From contig CM082587.2 in assembly GCA_040954595.2 (NCBI GenBank), forward strand, positions 3,862,093 through 3,926,092: a stretch of DNA of 64,000 nucleotides. The letters are read 5' to 3'. The notes under the pieces were generated by a model, which saw nothing but the letters and a program-made list of their open reading frames with translations, had not been told where the DNA came from and did not search any database. The stretch's first letter is position 1, and every line of letters begins with the position of its first letter. Positions 1 to 14,304 of the stretch are shown piece by piece. Source of the stretch: Balanoglossus misakiensis (lineage: Eukaryota > Animalia > Hemichordata). A program made the position numbers and the translations under genes.

Positions 1-3000
1 TTCGCGGAAGTTCGAAAAATTGACATTTCTGGATGATTTTCATGAGCTATAACCCATGGTTTTTATCCAAAAACCACCAAATTTTGGTAAATTACGCGAT
101 TGATGATTTTCTCAAAAAAGACATTCTGGAGATTCAGACTTAACCATGGTTTTACAAAAAACAAATGAAATTTCGCGAAGTCGAAAAATTGACATTTCTG
201 GATGATTTTCATGAGCTATAACCCATGGTTTTTATCCAAAAACCACCAAATTTTGAAATTTCGCGAAGTCGAAAAATTGACATTTCTGGATGATTTTCAT
301 GAGCTATAACCCATGGTTTTTATCCAAAAACCACCAAATTTTGAAATTTCGCGAAGTCGAAAAATTGACATTTCTGGATGATTTTCATGAGCTATAACCC
401 ATGGTTTTTATCCAAAAACCACCAAATTTTGAAATTTCGCGAAGTCGAAAAATTGACATTTCTGGATGATTTTCATGAGCTATAACCCATGGTTTTTATC
501 CAAAAACCACCAAATTTTGAAATTTCGCGAAGTCGAAAAATTGACATTTCTGGATGATTTTCATGAGCTATAACCCATGGTTTTTATCCAAAAACCACCA
601 AATTTTGAAATTTCGCGAAGTCGAAAAATTGACATTTCTGGATGATTTTCATGAGCTATAACCCATGGTTTTTATCCAAAAACCACCAAATTTTGAAATT
701 TCGCGAAGTCGAAAAATTGACATTTCTGGATGATTTTCATGAGCTATAACCCATGGTTTTTATCCAAAAACCACCAAATTTTGAAATTTTCGCGAAGTCG
801 AAAAATTGACATTTCTGGATGATTTTCATGAGCTATAACCCATGGTTTTTATCCAAAAACCACCAAATTTTGAAATTTCGCGAAGTCGAAAAATTGACAT
901 TTCTGGATGATTTTCATGAGCTATAACCCATGGTTTTTATCCAAAAACCACCAAATTTTGAAATTTCGCGAAGTCGAAAAATTGACATTTCTGGATGATT
1001 TTCATGAGCTATAACCCATGGTTTTTATCCAAAAACCACCAAATTTTGAAATTTCGCGAAGTCGAAAAATTGACATTTCTGGATGATTTTCATGAGCTAT
1101 AACCCATGGTTTTTATCCAAAAACCACCAAATTTTGAAATTTCGCGAAGTCGAAAAATTGACATTTCTGGATGATTTTCATGAGCTATAACCCATGGTTT
1201 TTATCCAAAAACCACCAAATTTTGAAATTTCGCGAAGTCGAAAAATTGACATTTCTGGATGATTTTCATGAGCTATAACCCATGGTTTTTATCCAAAAAC
1301 CACCAAATTTTGAAATTTCGCGAAGTCGAAAAATTGACATTTCTGGATGATTTTCATGAGCTATAACCCATGGTTTTTATCCAAAAACCACCAAATTTTG
1401 AAATTTCGCGAAGTCGAAAAATTGACATTTCTGGATGATTTTCATGAGCTATAACCCATGGTTTTTATCCAAAAACCACCAAATTTTGAAATTTCGCGAA
1501 GTCGAAAAATTGACATTTCTGGATGATTTTCATGAGCTATAACCCATGGTTTTTATCCAAAAACCACCAAATTTTGAAATTTCCGCGAAGGTCGAAAAAT
1601 TGACATTTCTGGATGATTTTCATGAGCTATAACCCATGGTTTTTATCCAAAAACCACCAAATTTTGAAATTTCGCGAAGTCGAAAAATTGACATTTCTGG
1701 ATGATTTTCTGAGCTATAACCATGGTTTTTATCCAAAAACCACCAAATTTTGAAATTTCGCGAAGTCGAAAAATTGACATTTCTGGATGATTTTCATGAG
1801 CTATAACCCATGGTTTTTATCCAAAAACCACCAAATTTTGAAATTTCGCGAAGTCGAAAAATTGACATTTCTGGATGATTTTCATGAGCTATAACCCATG
1901 GTTTTTATCCAAAAACCACCAAATTTGAAATTTCGCGAAGTCGAAAAATTGACATTTCTGGATGATTTTCATGAGCTATAACCCATGGTTTTTATCCAAA
2001 AATCACCAAATTTTGAAATTTCGCGAAGTCGAAAATGGACATTTCTGGATGATTTCATGAGCTATAACCCATGGTTTTATCCAAAAACCACCAAAATTTC
2101 GAAATTTCTCGACTTCGCGAAATTTCAAAATTTGGTGGTTTTTGGATAAAAACCATGAGTTATAGCTCATGAAAATCATCCAGAAATGTCAATTTTTCGA
2201 CTTCGGAAATTTCAAATTTGGTGATTTCTGGATAAAACCATGGGTTATAGCTCATGAAAATCATCCAGAAATGTCAATTTTTCGACTTCGCGAAATTTCA
2301 AAATTTGGTGGTTTTTGGATAAAAACCATGGGTTATAGCTCATGAAAATCATCCAGAAATGTCAATTTTTCGACTTCGCGAAATTTCAAAATTTGGTGGT
2401 TTTTGGATAAAAACCATGGGTTATAGCTCATGAAAATCATCCAGAAATGTCAATTTTTCGACTTCGCGAAATTTCAAAATTTGGTGGTTTTTGGATAAAA
2501 ACCATGGGTTATAGCTCATGAAAATCATCCAGAAATGTCAATTTTTCGACTTCGCGAAATTTCAAAATTTGGTGGTTTTTGGATAAAAACCATGGGTTAT
2601 AGCTCATGAAAATCATCCAGAAATGTCAATTTTTCGACTTCGCGAAATTTCAAAATTTGGTGGTTTTTGGATAAAAACCATGGGTTATAGCTCATGAAAA
2701 TCATCCAGAAATGTCAATTTTTCGACTTCGCGAAATTTCAAAATTTGGTGGTTTTTGGATAAAAACCATGGGTTATAGCTCATGAAAATCATCCAGAAAT
2801 GTCAATTTTTCGACTTCGCGAAATTTCAAAATTTGGTGGTTTTTGGATAAAAACCATGGGTTATAGCTCATGAAAATCATCCAGAAATGTCAATTTTTCG
2901 ACTTCGCGAAATTTCAAAATTTGGTGGTTTTTGGATAAAAACCATGGGTTATAGCTCATGAAAATCATCCAGAAATGTCAATTTTTCGACTTCGCGAAAT

Positions 3001-6000
3001 TTCAAAATTTGGTGGTTTTTGGATAAAAAACCATGGGTTATAGCTCATGAAAATCATCCAGAAATGTCAATTTTTCGACTTCGCGAAATTTCAAAATTTG
3101 GTGATTTTTGGATAAAAACCATGGGTTATAGCTCATGAAAATCATCCAGAAATGTCAATTTTTCGACTTCGCGAAATTTCAAAATTTGGTGGTTTTTGGA
3201 TAAAAACCATGGGTTATAGCTCATGAAAATCATCCAGAAATGTCAATTTTTCGACTTCGCGAAATTTCAAAATTTGGTGATTTTTGGATAAAAACCATGG
3301 GTTATAGCTCATGAAAATCATCCAGAAATGTCAATTTTTCGACTTCGCGAAATTTCAAAATTTGGTGATTTTTGGATAAAAACCATGGGTTATAGCTCAT
3401 GAAAATCATCCAGAAATGTCAATTTTTCGACTTCGCGAAATTTCAAAATTTGGTGATTTTTGGATAAAAACCATGGGTTATAGCTCATGAAAATCATCCA
3501 GAAATGTCAATTTTTCGACTTCGCGAAATTTCAAAATTTGGTGGTTTTTGGATAAAAACCATGGGTTATAGCTCATGAAAATCATCCAGAAATGTCAATT
3601 TTTCGACTTCGCGAAATTTCAAAATTTGGTGGTTTTTGGATAAAAACCATGGGTTATAGCTCATGAAAATCATCCAGAAATGTCAATTTTTCGACTTCGC
3701 GAAATTTCAAAATTTGGTGGTTTTTGGATAAAAACCATGGGTTATAGCTCATGAAAATCATCCAGAAATGTCAATTTTTCGACTTCGCGAAATTTCAAAA
3801 TTTGGTGGTTTTTGGATAAAAACCATGGGTTATAGCTCATGAAAATCATCCAGAAATGTCAATTTTTCGACTTCGCGAAATTTCAAAATTTGGTGGTTTT
3901 TGGATAAAAACCATGGGTTATAGCTCATGAAAATCATCCAGAAATGTCAATTTTTCGACTTCGCGAAATTTCAAAATTTGGTGGTTTTTGGATAAAAACC
4001 ATGGGTTATAGCTCATGAAAATCATCCAGAAATGTCAATTTTTCGACTTCGCGAAATTTCAAAATTTGGTGGTTTTTGGATAAAAACCATGGGTTATAGC
4101 TCATGAAAATCATCCAGAAATGTCAATTTTTCGACTTCGCGAAATTTCAAAATTTGGTGGTTTTTGGATAAAAACCATGGGTTATAGCTCATGAAAATCA
4201 TCCAGAAATGTCAATTTTTCGACTTCGCGAAATTTCAAAATTTGGTGGTTTTTGGATAAAAACCATGGGTTATAGCTCATGAAAATCATCCAGAAATGTC
4301 AATTTTTCGACTTCGCGAAATTTCAAAATTGGTGGTTTTTGGATAAAAACCATGGGTTATAGCTCATGAAAATCGTCCAGAAATGTCAATTTTTCGACTT
4401 CGCGAAATTTCAAAATTTGGTGGTTTTTGGATAAAAACCATGGGTTATAGCTCATGAAAATCATCCAGAAATGTCAATTTTTCGACTTCGCGAAATTTCA
4501 AAATTTGGTGGTTTTTGGATAAAAACCATGGGTTATAGCTCATGAAAATCATCCAGAAATGTCAATTTTTCGACTTCGCGAAATTTCAAAATTTGGTGGT
4601 TTTTGGATAAAAACCATGGGTTATAGCTCATGAAAATCATCCAGAAATGTCAATTTTTCGACTTCGCGAAATTTCAAAATTTGGTGGTTTTTGGATAAAA
4701 ACCATGGGTTATAGCTCATGAAAATCATCCAGAAATGTCAATTTTTCGACTTCGCGAAATTTCAAAATTTGGTGGTTTTTGGATAAAAACCATGGGTTAT
4801 AGCTCATGAAAATCATCCAGAAATGTCAATTTTTCGACTTCGCGAAATTTCAAAATTTGGTGGTTTTTGGATAAAAACCATGGGTTATAGCTCATGAAAA
4901 TCATCCAGAAATGTCAATTTTTCGACTTCGCGAAATTTCAAAATTTGGTGGTTTTTGGATAAAAACCATGGGTTATAGCTCATGAAAATAATCCAGAAAT
5001 GTCAATTTTTCGACTTCGCGAAATTTCAAAATTTGGTGGTTTTGGATAAAAACCATGGGTTATAGCTCATGAAAATCATCCAGAAATGTCAATTTTTCGA
5101 CTTCGCGAAATTTCAAAATTTGGTGGTTTTTGGATAAAAACCATGGGTTATAGCTCATGAAAATCATCCAGAAATGTCAATTTTTCGACTTCGCGAAATT
5201 TCAAAATTTGGTGGTTTTTGGATAAAAACCATGGGTTATAGCTCATGAAAATCATCCAGAAATGTCAATTTTTCGACTTCGCGAAATTTCAAAATTTGGT
5301 GGTTTTTGGATAAAAACCATGGGTTATAGCTCATGAAAATCATCCAGAAATGTCAATTTTTCGACTTCGCGAAATTTCAAAATTTGGTGGTTTTTGGATA
5401 AAAACCATGGGTTATAGCTCATGAAAATCATCCAGAAATGTCAATTTTTCGACTTCGCGAAATTTCAAAATTTGGTGATTTTTGGATATAAACCATGGGT
5501 TATAGCTCATGAAAATCATCCAGAAATGTCAATTTTTCGACTTCGCGAAATTTCAAAATTTGGTGATTTCTGGATAAAAACCATGGGTTATAGCTCATGA
5601 AAATCATCCAGAAATGTCAATTTTTCGACTTCGCGAAATTTCAAAATTTGGTGGTTTTTGGATAAAAACCATGGGTTATAGCTCATGAAAATCATCCAGA
5701 AATGTCAATTTTTCGACTTCGCGAAATTTCAAAATTTGGTGGTTTTTGGATAAAAACCATGGGTTATAGCTCATGAAAATCATCCAGAAATGTTAATTTT
5801 TCGACTTCGCGAAATTTCAAAATTTGGTGGTTTTTGGATAAAAACCATGGGTTATAGCTCATGAAAATCATCCAGAAATGTCAATTTTTCGACTTCGCGA
5901 AATTTCAAAATTTGGTGGTTTTTGGATAAAAACCATGGGTTATAGCTCATGAAAATCATCCAGAAATGTCAATTTTTCGACTTCGCGAAATTTCAAAATT

Positions 6001-9000
6001 TGGTGGTTTTTGGATAAAAACCATGGGTTATAGCTCATGAAAATCATCCAGAAATGTCAATTTTTCGACTTCGCGAAATTTCAAAATTTGGTGGTTTTTT
6101 GGATAAAAACCATGGGTTATAGCTCATGAAAATCATCCAGAAATGTCAATTTTTCGACTTCGCGAAATTTCAAAATTTGGTGGTTTTTTGATAAAAACCA
6201 TGGGTTATAGCTCATGAAAAATCATCCAGAAATGTCAATTTTTCGACTTCGCGAAATTTCAAAATTTGGTGGTTTTTGGATAAAAACCATGGGTTATAGC
6301 TCATGAAAATCATCCAGAAATGTCAATTTTTCGACTTCGCGAAATTTCAAAATTTGGTGGTTTTTGGATAAAAACCATGGGTTATAGCTCATGAAAATCA
6401 TCCAGAAATGTCAATTTTTCGACTTCGCGAAAATTTCAAAATTTGGTGGTTTTTGGATAAAAACCATGGGTTATAGCTCATGAAAATCATCCAGAAATGT
6501 TAATTTTTCGACTTCGCGAAATTTCAAAATTTGGTGGTTTTTGGATAAAAACCATGGGTTATAGCTCATGAAAATCATCCAGAAATGTCAATTTTTCGAC
6601 TTCGCGAAATTTCAAAATTTGGTGGTTTTTGGATAAAAACCATGGGTTATAGCTCATGAAAATCATCCAGAAATGTCAATTTTTCGACTTCGCGAAATTT
6701 CAAAATTTGGTGGTTTTTGGATAAAACCATGGGTTATAGCTCATGAAAATCATCCAGAAATGTCAATTTTTCGACTTCGCGAAATTCAAAATTTGGTGGT
6801 TTTTGGATAAAAACCATGGGTTATAGCTCATGAAAATCATCCAGAAATGTCAATTTTTCGACTTCGCGAAATTTCAAAATTTGGTGGTTTTTGGATAAAA
6901 ACCATGGGTTATAGCTCATGAAAATCATCCAGAAATGTCAATTTTTCGACTTCGCGAAATTTCAAAATTTGGTGGTTTTTGGATAAAAACCATGGTTATA
7001 GCTCATGAAAATCATCCAGAAATGTCAATTTTTCGACTTCGCGAAATTTCAAAATTTGGTGGTTTTTGGATAAAAACCATGGGTTATAGCTCATGAAAAT
7101 CATCCAGAAATGTCAATTTTTCGACTTCGCGAAATTTCAAAATTTGGTGATTTTTGGATAAAAACCATGGGTTATAGCTCATGAAAATCGTCCAGAAATG
7201 TCAATTTTTCGACTTCGCGAAATTTCAAAATTTGGTGGTTTTTGGATAAAAACCATGGGTTATAGCTCATGAAAATCGTCCAGAAATGTCAATTTTCGAC
7301 TTCGCGAAATTTCAAAATTTGGTGGTTTTTGGATAAAAACCATGGGTTATAGCTCATGAAAATCATCCAGAAATGTCAATTTTTCGACTTCGCGAAATTT
7401 CGAAATTTGGTGGTTTTTGGATAAAAACCATGGGTTATAGCTCATGAAAATCATCCAGAAATGTCAATTTTTCGACTTCGCGAAATTTCAAAATTTGGTG
7501 GTTTTTGGATAAAAACCATGGGTTATAGCTCATGAAAATCATCCAGAAATGTCAATTTTTCGACTTCGCGAAATTTCAAAATTTGGTGGTTTTTGGATAA
7601 AAACCATGGGTTATAGCTCATGAAAATCATCCAGAAATGTCAATTTTTCGACTTCGCGAAATTTCAAAATTTGGTGGTTTTTGGATAAAAACCATGGGTT
7701 ATAGCTCATGAAAATCATCCAGAAATGTCAATTTTTCGACTTCGCGAAATTTCAAAATTTGGTGGTTTTTGGATAAAAACCATGGGTTATAGCTCATGAA
7801 AATCATCCAGAAATGTCAATTTTTCGACTTCGCGAAATTTCAAAATTTGGTGGTTTTTGGATAAAAACCATGGGTTATAGCTCATGAAAATCATCCAGAA
7901 ATGTCAATTTTTCGACTTCGCGAAATTTCAAAATTTGGTGGTTTTTGGATAAAAACCATGGGTTATAGCTCATGAAAATCATCCAGAAATGTCAATTTTT
8001 CGACTTCGCGAAATTTCAAAATTTGGTGGTTTTTGGATAAAAACCATGGGTTATAGCTCATGAAAATCATCCAGAAATGTCAATTTTTCGACTTCGCGAA
8101 ATTTCAAAATTTGGTGGTTTTTGGATAAAAACCATGGGTTATAGCTCATGAAAATCATCCAGAAATGTCAATTTTTCGACTTCGCGAAATTTCAAAATTT
8201 GGTGGTTTTTGGATAAAAACCATGGGTTATAGCTCATGAAAATCATCCAGAAATGTCAATTTTTCGACTTCGCGAAATTTCAAAATTTGGTGGTTTTTGG
8301 ATAAAAACCATGGGTTATAGCTCATGAAAATCATCCAGAAATGTCAATTTTTCGACTTCGCGAAATTTCAAAATTTGGTGATTTTTGGATATAAACCATG
8401 GGTTATAGCTCATGAAAATCATCCAGAAATGTCAATTTTTCGACTTCGCGAAATTTCAAAATTTGGTGGTTTTTGGATAAAAACCATGGGTTATAGCTCA
8501 TGAAAATCATCCAGAAATGTCAATTTTTCGACTTCGCGAAATTTCAAAATTTGGTGGTTTTTGGATAAAAACCATGGGTTATAGCTCATGAAAATCATCC
8601 AGAAATGTCAATTTTTCGACTTCGCGAAATTTCAAAATTTGGTGGTTTTTGGATAAAAACCATGGGTTATAGCTCATGAAAATCATCCAGAAATGTTAAT
8701 TTTTCGACTTCGCGAAATTTCAAAATTTGGTGGTTTTTGGATAAAAACCATGGGTTATAGCTCATGAAAATCATCCAGAAATGTCAATTTTTCGACTTCG
8801 CGAAATTTCAAAATTTGGTGGTTTTTGGATAAAAACCATGGGTTATAGCTCATGAAAATCATCCAGAAATGTCAATTTTTCGACTTCGCGAAATTTCAAA
8901 ATTTGGTGGTTTTTGGATAAAAACCATGGGTTATAGCTCATGAAAATCATCCAGAAATGTCAATTTTTCGACTTCGCGAAATTTCAAAATTTGGTGGTTT

Positions 9001-12000
9001 TTGGATAAAAACCATGGGTTATAGCTCATGAAAATCATCCAGAAATGTCAATTTTTCGACTTCGCGAAATTTCAAAATTTGGTGGTTTTTGGATAAAAAC
9101 CATGGGTTATAGCTCATGAAAATCATCCAGAAATGTCAATTTTTCGACTTCGCGAAATTTCAAAATTTGGTGGTTTTTGGATAAAAACCATGGGTTATAG
9201 CTCATGAAAATCATCCAGAAATGTCAATTTTTCGACTTCGCGAAATTTCAAAATTTGGTGGTTTTTGGATAAAAACCATGGGTTATAGCTCATGAAAATC
9301 ATCCAGAAATGTCAATTTTTCGACTTCGCGAAATTTCAAAATTTGGTGATTTTTGGATAAAAACCATGGGTTATAGCTCATGAAAATCATCCAGAAATGT
9401 CAATTTTTCGACTTCGCGAAATTTCAAAATTTGGTGATTTTTGGATAAAAACCATGGGTTATAGCTCATGAAAATCATCCAGAAATGTCAATTTTTCGAC
9501 TTCGCGAAATTTCAAAATTTGGTGGTTTTTGGATAAAAACCATGGGTTATAGCTCATGAAAATCATCCAGAAATGTCAATTTTTCGACTTCGCGAAATTT
9601 CAAAATTTGGTGGTTTTTGGATAAAAACCATGGGTTATAGCTCATGAAAATCATCCAGAAATGTCAATTTTTCGACTTCGCGAAATTTCAAAATTTGGTG
9701 GTTTTTGGATAAAAACCATGGGTTATAGCTCATGAAAATCATCCAGAAATGTCAATTTTTCGACTTCGCGAAATTTCAAAATTTGGTGATTTTTGGATAA
9801 AAACCATGGGTTATAGCTCATGAAAATCATCCAGAAATGTCAATTTTTCGACTTCGCGAAATTTCAAAATTTGGTGGTTTTTGGATAAAAACCATGGGTT
9901 ATAGCTCATGAAAATCATCCAGAAATGTCAATTTTTCGACTTCGCGAAATTTCAAAATTTGGTGATTTTTGGATAAAAACCATGGGTTATAGCTCATGAA
10001 AATCATCCAGAAATGTCAATTTTTCGACTTCGCGAAATTTCAAAATTTGGTGGTTTTTGGATAAAAACCATGGGTTATAGCTCATGAAAATCATCCAGAA
10101 ATGTCAATTTTTCGACTTCGCGAAATTTCAAAATTTGGTGGTTTTTGGATAAAAACCATGGGTTATAGCTCATGATAATCATCCAGAAATGTCAATTTTT
10201 CGACTTCGCGAAATTTCAAAATTTGGTGGTTTTGGATAAAAACCATGGGTTATAGCTCATGAAAATCATCCAGAAATGTCAATTTTTCGACTTCGCGAAA
10301 TTTCAAAATTTGGTGATTTTTGGATAAAAACCATGGGTTATAGCTCATGAAAATCATCCAGAAATGTCAATTTTTCGACTTCGCGAAATTTCAAAATTTG
10401 GTGGTTTTTGGATAAAAACCATGGGTTATAGCTCATGAAAATGATCCAGAAATGTCAATTTTTCGACTTCGCGAAATTTCAAACTCATGAAAATCATCCA
10501 GAAATGTCAATTTTTCGACTTCGCGAAATTTCAAAATTTGGTGGGTTTTGGATAAAAACCATGGGTTATAGCTCATGAAAATCATCCAGAAATGTCAATT
10601 TTTCGACTTCGCGAAATTTCAAAATTTGGTGGTTTTTGGATAAAAACCATGGGTTATAGCTCATGAAAATCATCCAGAAATGTCAATTTTTCGACTTCGC
10701 GAAATTTCAAAATTTGGTGGTTTTTGGATAAAAACCATGGGTTATAGCTCATGAAAATCATCCAGAAATGTCAATTTTTCGACTTCGCGAAATTTCAAAA
10801 TTTGGTGGTTTTTGGATAAAAACCATGGGTTATAGCTCATGAAAATCATCCAGAAATGTCAATTTTTCGACTTCGCGAAATTTCAAAATTTGGTGGTTTT
10901 TGGATAAAAACCATGGGTTATAGCTCATGAAAATCATCCAGAAATGTCAATTTTTCGACTTCGCGAAATTTCAAAATTTGGTGGTTTTTGGATAAAAACC
11001 ATGGGTTATAGCTCATGAAAATGATCCAGAAATGTCAATTTTTCGACTTCGCGAAATTTCAAAATTTGGTGGTTTTTGGATAAAAACCATGGGTTATAGC
11101 TCATGAAAATCATCCAGAAATGTCAATTTTTCGACTTCGCGAAATTTCAAAATTTGGTGGTTTTTGGATAAAAACCATGGGTTATAGCTCATGAAAATCA
11201 TCCAGAAATGTCAATTTTTCGACTTCGCGAAATTTCAAAATTTGGTGATTTTTGGATAAAAACCATGGGTTATAGCTCATGAAAATCATCCAGAAATGTC
11301 AATTTTTCGACTTCGCGAAATTTCAAAATTTGGTGGTTTTTGGATAAAAACCATGGGTTATAGCTCATGAAAATCATCCAGAAATGTCAATTTTTCGACT
11401 TCGCGAAATTTCAAAATTTGGTGGTTTTTGGATAAAAACCATGGGTTATAGCTCATGAAAATCATCCAGAAATGTCAATTTTTCGACTTCGCGAAATTTC
11501 AAAATTTGGTGGTTTTTGGATAAAAACCATGGGTTATAGCTCATGAAAATCATCCAGAAATGTCAATTTTTCGACTTCGCGAAATTTCAAAATTTGGTGG
11601 TTTTTGGATAAAAACCATGGGTTATAGCTCATGAAAATCATCCAGAAATGTCAATTTTTCGACTTCGCGAAATTTCAAAATTTGGTGGTTTTTGGATAAA
11701 AACCATGGGTTATAGCTCATGAAAATCATCCAGAAATGTCAATTTTTCGACTTCGCGAAATTTCAAAATTTGGTGATTTTTGGATAAAAACCATGGGTTA
11801 TAGCTCATGAAAATCATCCAGAAATGTCAATTTTTCGACTTCGCGAAATTTCAAAATTTGGTGGTTTTTGGATAAAAACCATGGGTTATAGCTCATGAAA
11901 ATCATCCAGAAATGTCAATTTTTCGACTTCGCGAAATTTCAAAATTTGGTGATTTTTGGATAAAAACCATGGGTTATAGCTCATGAAAATCATCCAGAAA

Positions 12001-14225
12001 TGTCTATTTTTCGACTTCGCGAAATTTCAAAATTTGGTGGTTTTTGGATAAAAACCATGGGTTATAGCTCATGAAAATCATCCAGAAATGTCAATTTTTC
12101 GACTTCGCGAAATTTCAAAATTTGGTGGTTTTTGGATAAAAACCATGGGTTATAGCTCATGAAAATCATCCTGAAATGTCAATTTTTCGACTTCGCGAAA
12201 TTTCAAAATTTGGTGGTTTTTGGATTAAAACCATGGGTTATAGCTCATGAAAATCATCCAGAAATGTCAATTTTTCGACTTCGCGAAATTTCAAAATTTG
12301 GTGGTTTTTGGATAAAAACCATGGGTTATAGCTCATGAAAATCATCCAGAAATGTCAATTTTTCGACTTCGCGAAATTTCAAAATTTGGTGGTTTTTGGA
12401 TAAAAACCATGGGTTATAGCTCATGAAAATCATCCAGAAATGTCAATTTTTCGACTTCGCGAAATTTCAAAATTTGGTGGTTTTTGGATAAAAACCATGG
12501 GTTATAGCTCATGAAAATCATCCAGAAATGTCAATTTTTCGACTTCGCGAAATTTCAAAATTTGGTGATTTTTGGATAAAAACCATGGGTTATAGCTCAT
12601 GAAAATCATCCAGAAATATCAATTTTTCGACTTCGCGAAATTTCAAAATTTGGTGATTTTTGGATAAAAACCATGGGTTATAGCTCATGAAAATCATCCA
12701 GAAATGTCAATTTTTCGACTTCGCGAAATTTCAAAATTTGGTGATTTTTGGATAAAAACCATGGGTTATAGCTCATGAAAATCATCCAGAAATGTCAATT
12801 TTTCGACTTCGCGAAATTTCAAAATTTGGTGGTTTTTGGATAAAAACCATGGGTTATAGCTCATGAAAATCATCCAGAAATGTCAATTTTTCGACTTCGC
12901 GAAATTTCAAAATTTGGTGGTTTTTGGATAAAAACCATGGGTTATAGCTCATGAAAATCATCCAGAAATGTCAATTTTTCGACTTCGCGAAATTTCAAAA
13001 TTTGGTGGTTTTTGGATAAAAACCATGGGTTATAGCTCATGAAAATCATCCAGAAATGTCAATTTTTCGACTTCGCGAAATTTCAAAATTTGGTGATTTT
13101 TGGATAAAAACCATGGGTTATAGCTCATGAAAATCATTCAGAAATGTCAATTTTTCGACTTCGCGAAATTTCAAAATTTGGTGATTTTTGGATAAAAACC
13201 ATGGGTTATAGCTCATGAAAATCATCCAGAAATGTCAATTTTTCGACTTCGCGAAATTTCAAAATTTGGTGGTTTTTGGATAAAAACCATGGGTTATAGC
13301 TCATGAAAATCATCCAGAAATGTCAATTTTTCGACTTCGCGAAATTTCAAAATTTGGTGATTTTTGGATAAAAACCATGGGTTATAGCTCATGAAAATCA
13401 TCCAGAAATGTCAATTTTTCGACTTCGCGAAATTTCAAAATTTGGTGGTTTTTGGATAAAAACCATGGGTTATAGCTCATGAAAATCATCCAGAAATGTC
13501 AATTTTTCGACTTCGCGAAATTTCAAAATTTGGTGGTTTTTGGATAAAAACCATGGGTTATAGCTCATGAAAATCATCCAGAAATGTCAATTTTTCGACT
13601 TCGCGAAATTTCAAAATTTGGTGGTTTTTGGATAAAAACCATGGGTTATAGCTCATGAAAATCATCCAGAAATGTCAATTTTTCGACTTCGCGAAATTTC
13701 AAAATTTGGTGATTTTTGGATAAAAACCATGGGTTATAGCTCATGAAAATCATCCAGAAATGTCAATTTTTCGACTTCGCGAAATTTCAAAATTTGGTGA
13801 TTTTTGGATAAAAACCATGGGTTATAGCTCATGAAAATCATCCAGAAATGTCAATTTTTCGACTTCGCGAAATTTCAAAATTTGGTGATTTTTGGATAAA
13901 AACCATGGGTTATAGCTCATGAAAATCATCCAGAAATGTCAATTTTTCGACTTCGCGAAATTTCAAAATTTGGTGATTTTTGGATAAAAACCATGGGTTA
14001 TAGCTCATGAAAATCATCCAGAAATGTCAATTTTTCGACTTCGCGAAATTTCAAAATTTGATGATTTTTGGATAAAAACCATGGGTTATAGCTCATGAAA
14101 ATCATCCAGAAATGTCAATTTTTCGACTTTGCGAATTTTCAAAATTTGTTAATATTTCGACAAAAACCATGGGTTATAGCTCATGGAAATCATCCTAAAA
14201 TGACCATTTTTCGACTTTGCAAATT
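1..14225. repeat. 88-bp tandem satellite array (~160 monomers), two oppositely oriented blocks
   Basis: The monomer TCGCGAAGTCGAAAAATTGACATTTCTGGATGATTTTCATGAGCTATAACCCATGGTTTTTATCCAAAAACCACCAAATTTTGAAATT recurs at 173, 261, 349... (period 88). It runs in this orientation to ~2,108 and as the reverse complement from ~2,109 to ~14,225. Copies are near-identical, with degenerate monomers at both ends. Confidence 0.98.
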
Positions 14226-14298
14226 TCGGTAGAAATAAACAATATGTGTGTTCAAGTATGAAACAACAGATACACTTACAGTTGATATACATATATTT

Positions 14299-14304
14299 TT
14301 TATT
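14299..14304 (-). promoter_or_regulatory. Candidate polyadenylation signal (AATAAA) of the serine O-acyltransferase gene
   Basis: TTTATT on the plus strand, ~1 kb downstream of the stop at 15,342. It is followed on the minus strand by a GT-rich stretch (TGTATCTGTTGTTT) just before the satellite. Confidence 0.45.

Noticed and set aside
85-170. Apparently distinct sequence between the first monomers
   Set aside because: It reads as a deletion-riddled copy of the same monomer, most likely low-quality consensus at a sequence end.
173-200. CENP-B box in the satellite (TTCG...CG)
   Set aside because: Neither strand fits TTCGnnnnAnnCGGG.
1-14225. Possible CRISPR array or telomeric repeat
   Set aside because: Units are contiguous 88-bp copies with no unique spacers, no cas genes are present, and the context is a spliced eukaryotic locus. 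No TTAGGG-type repeats are seen.
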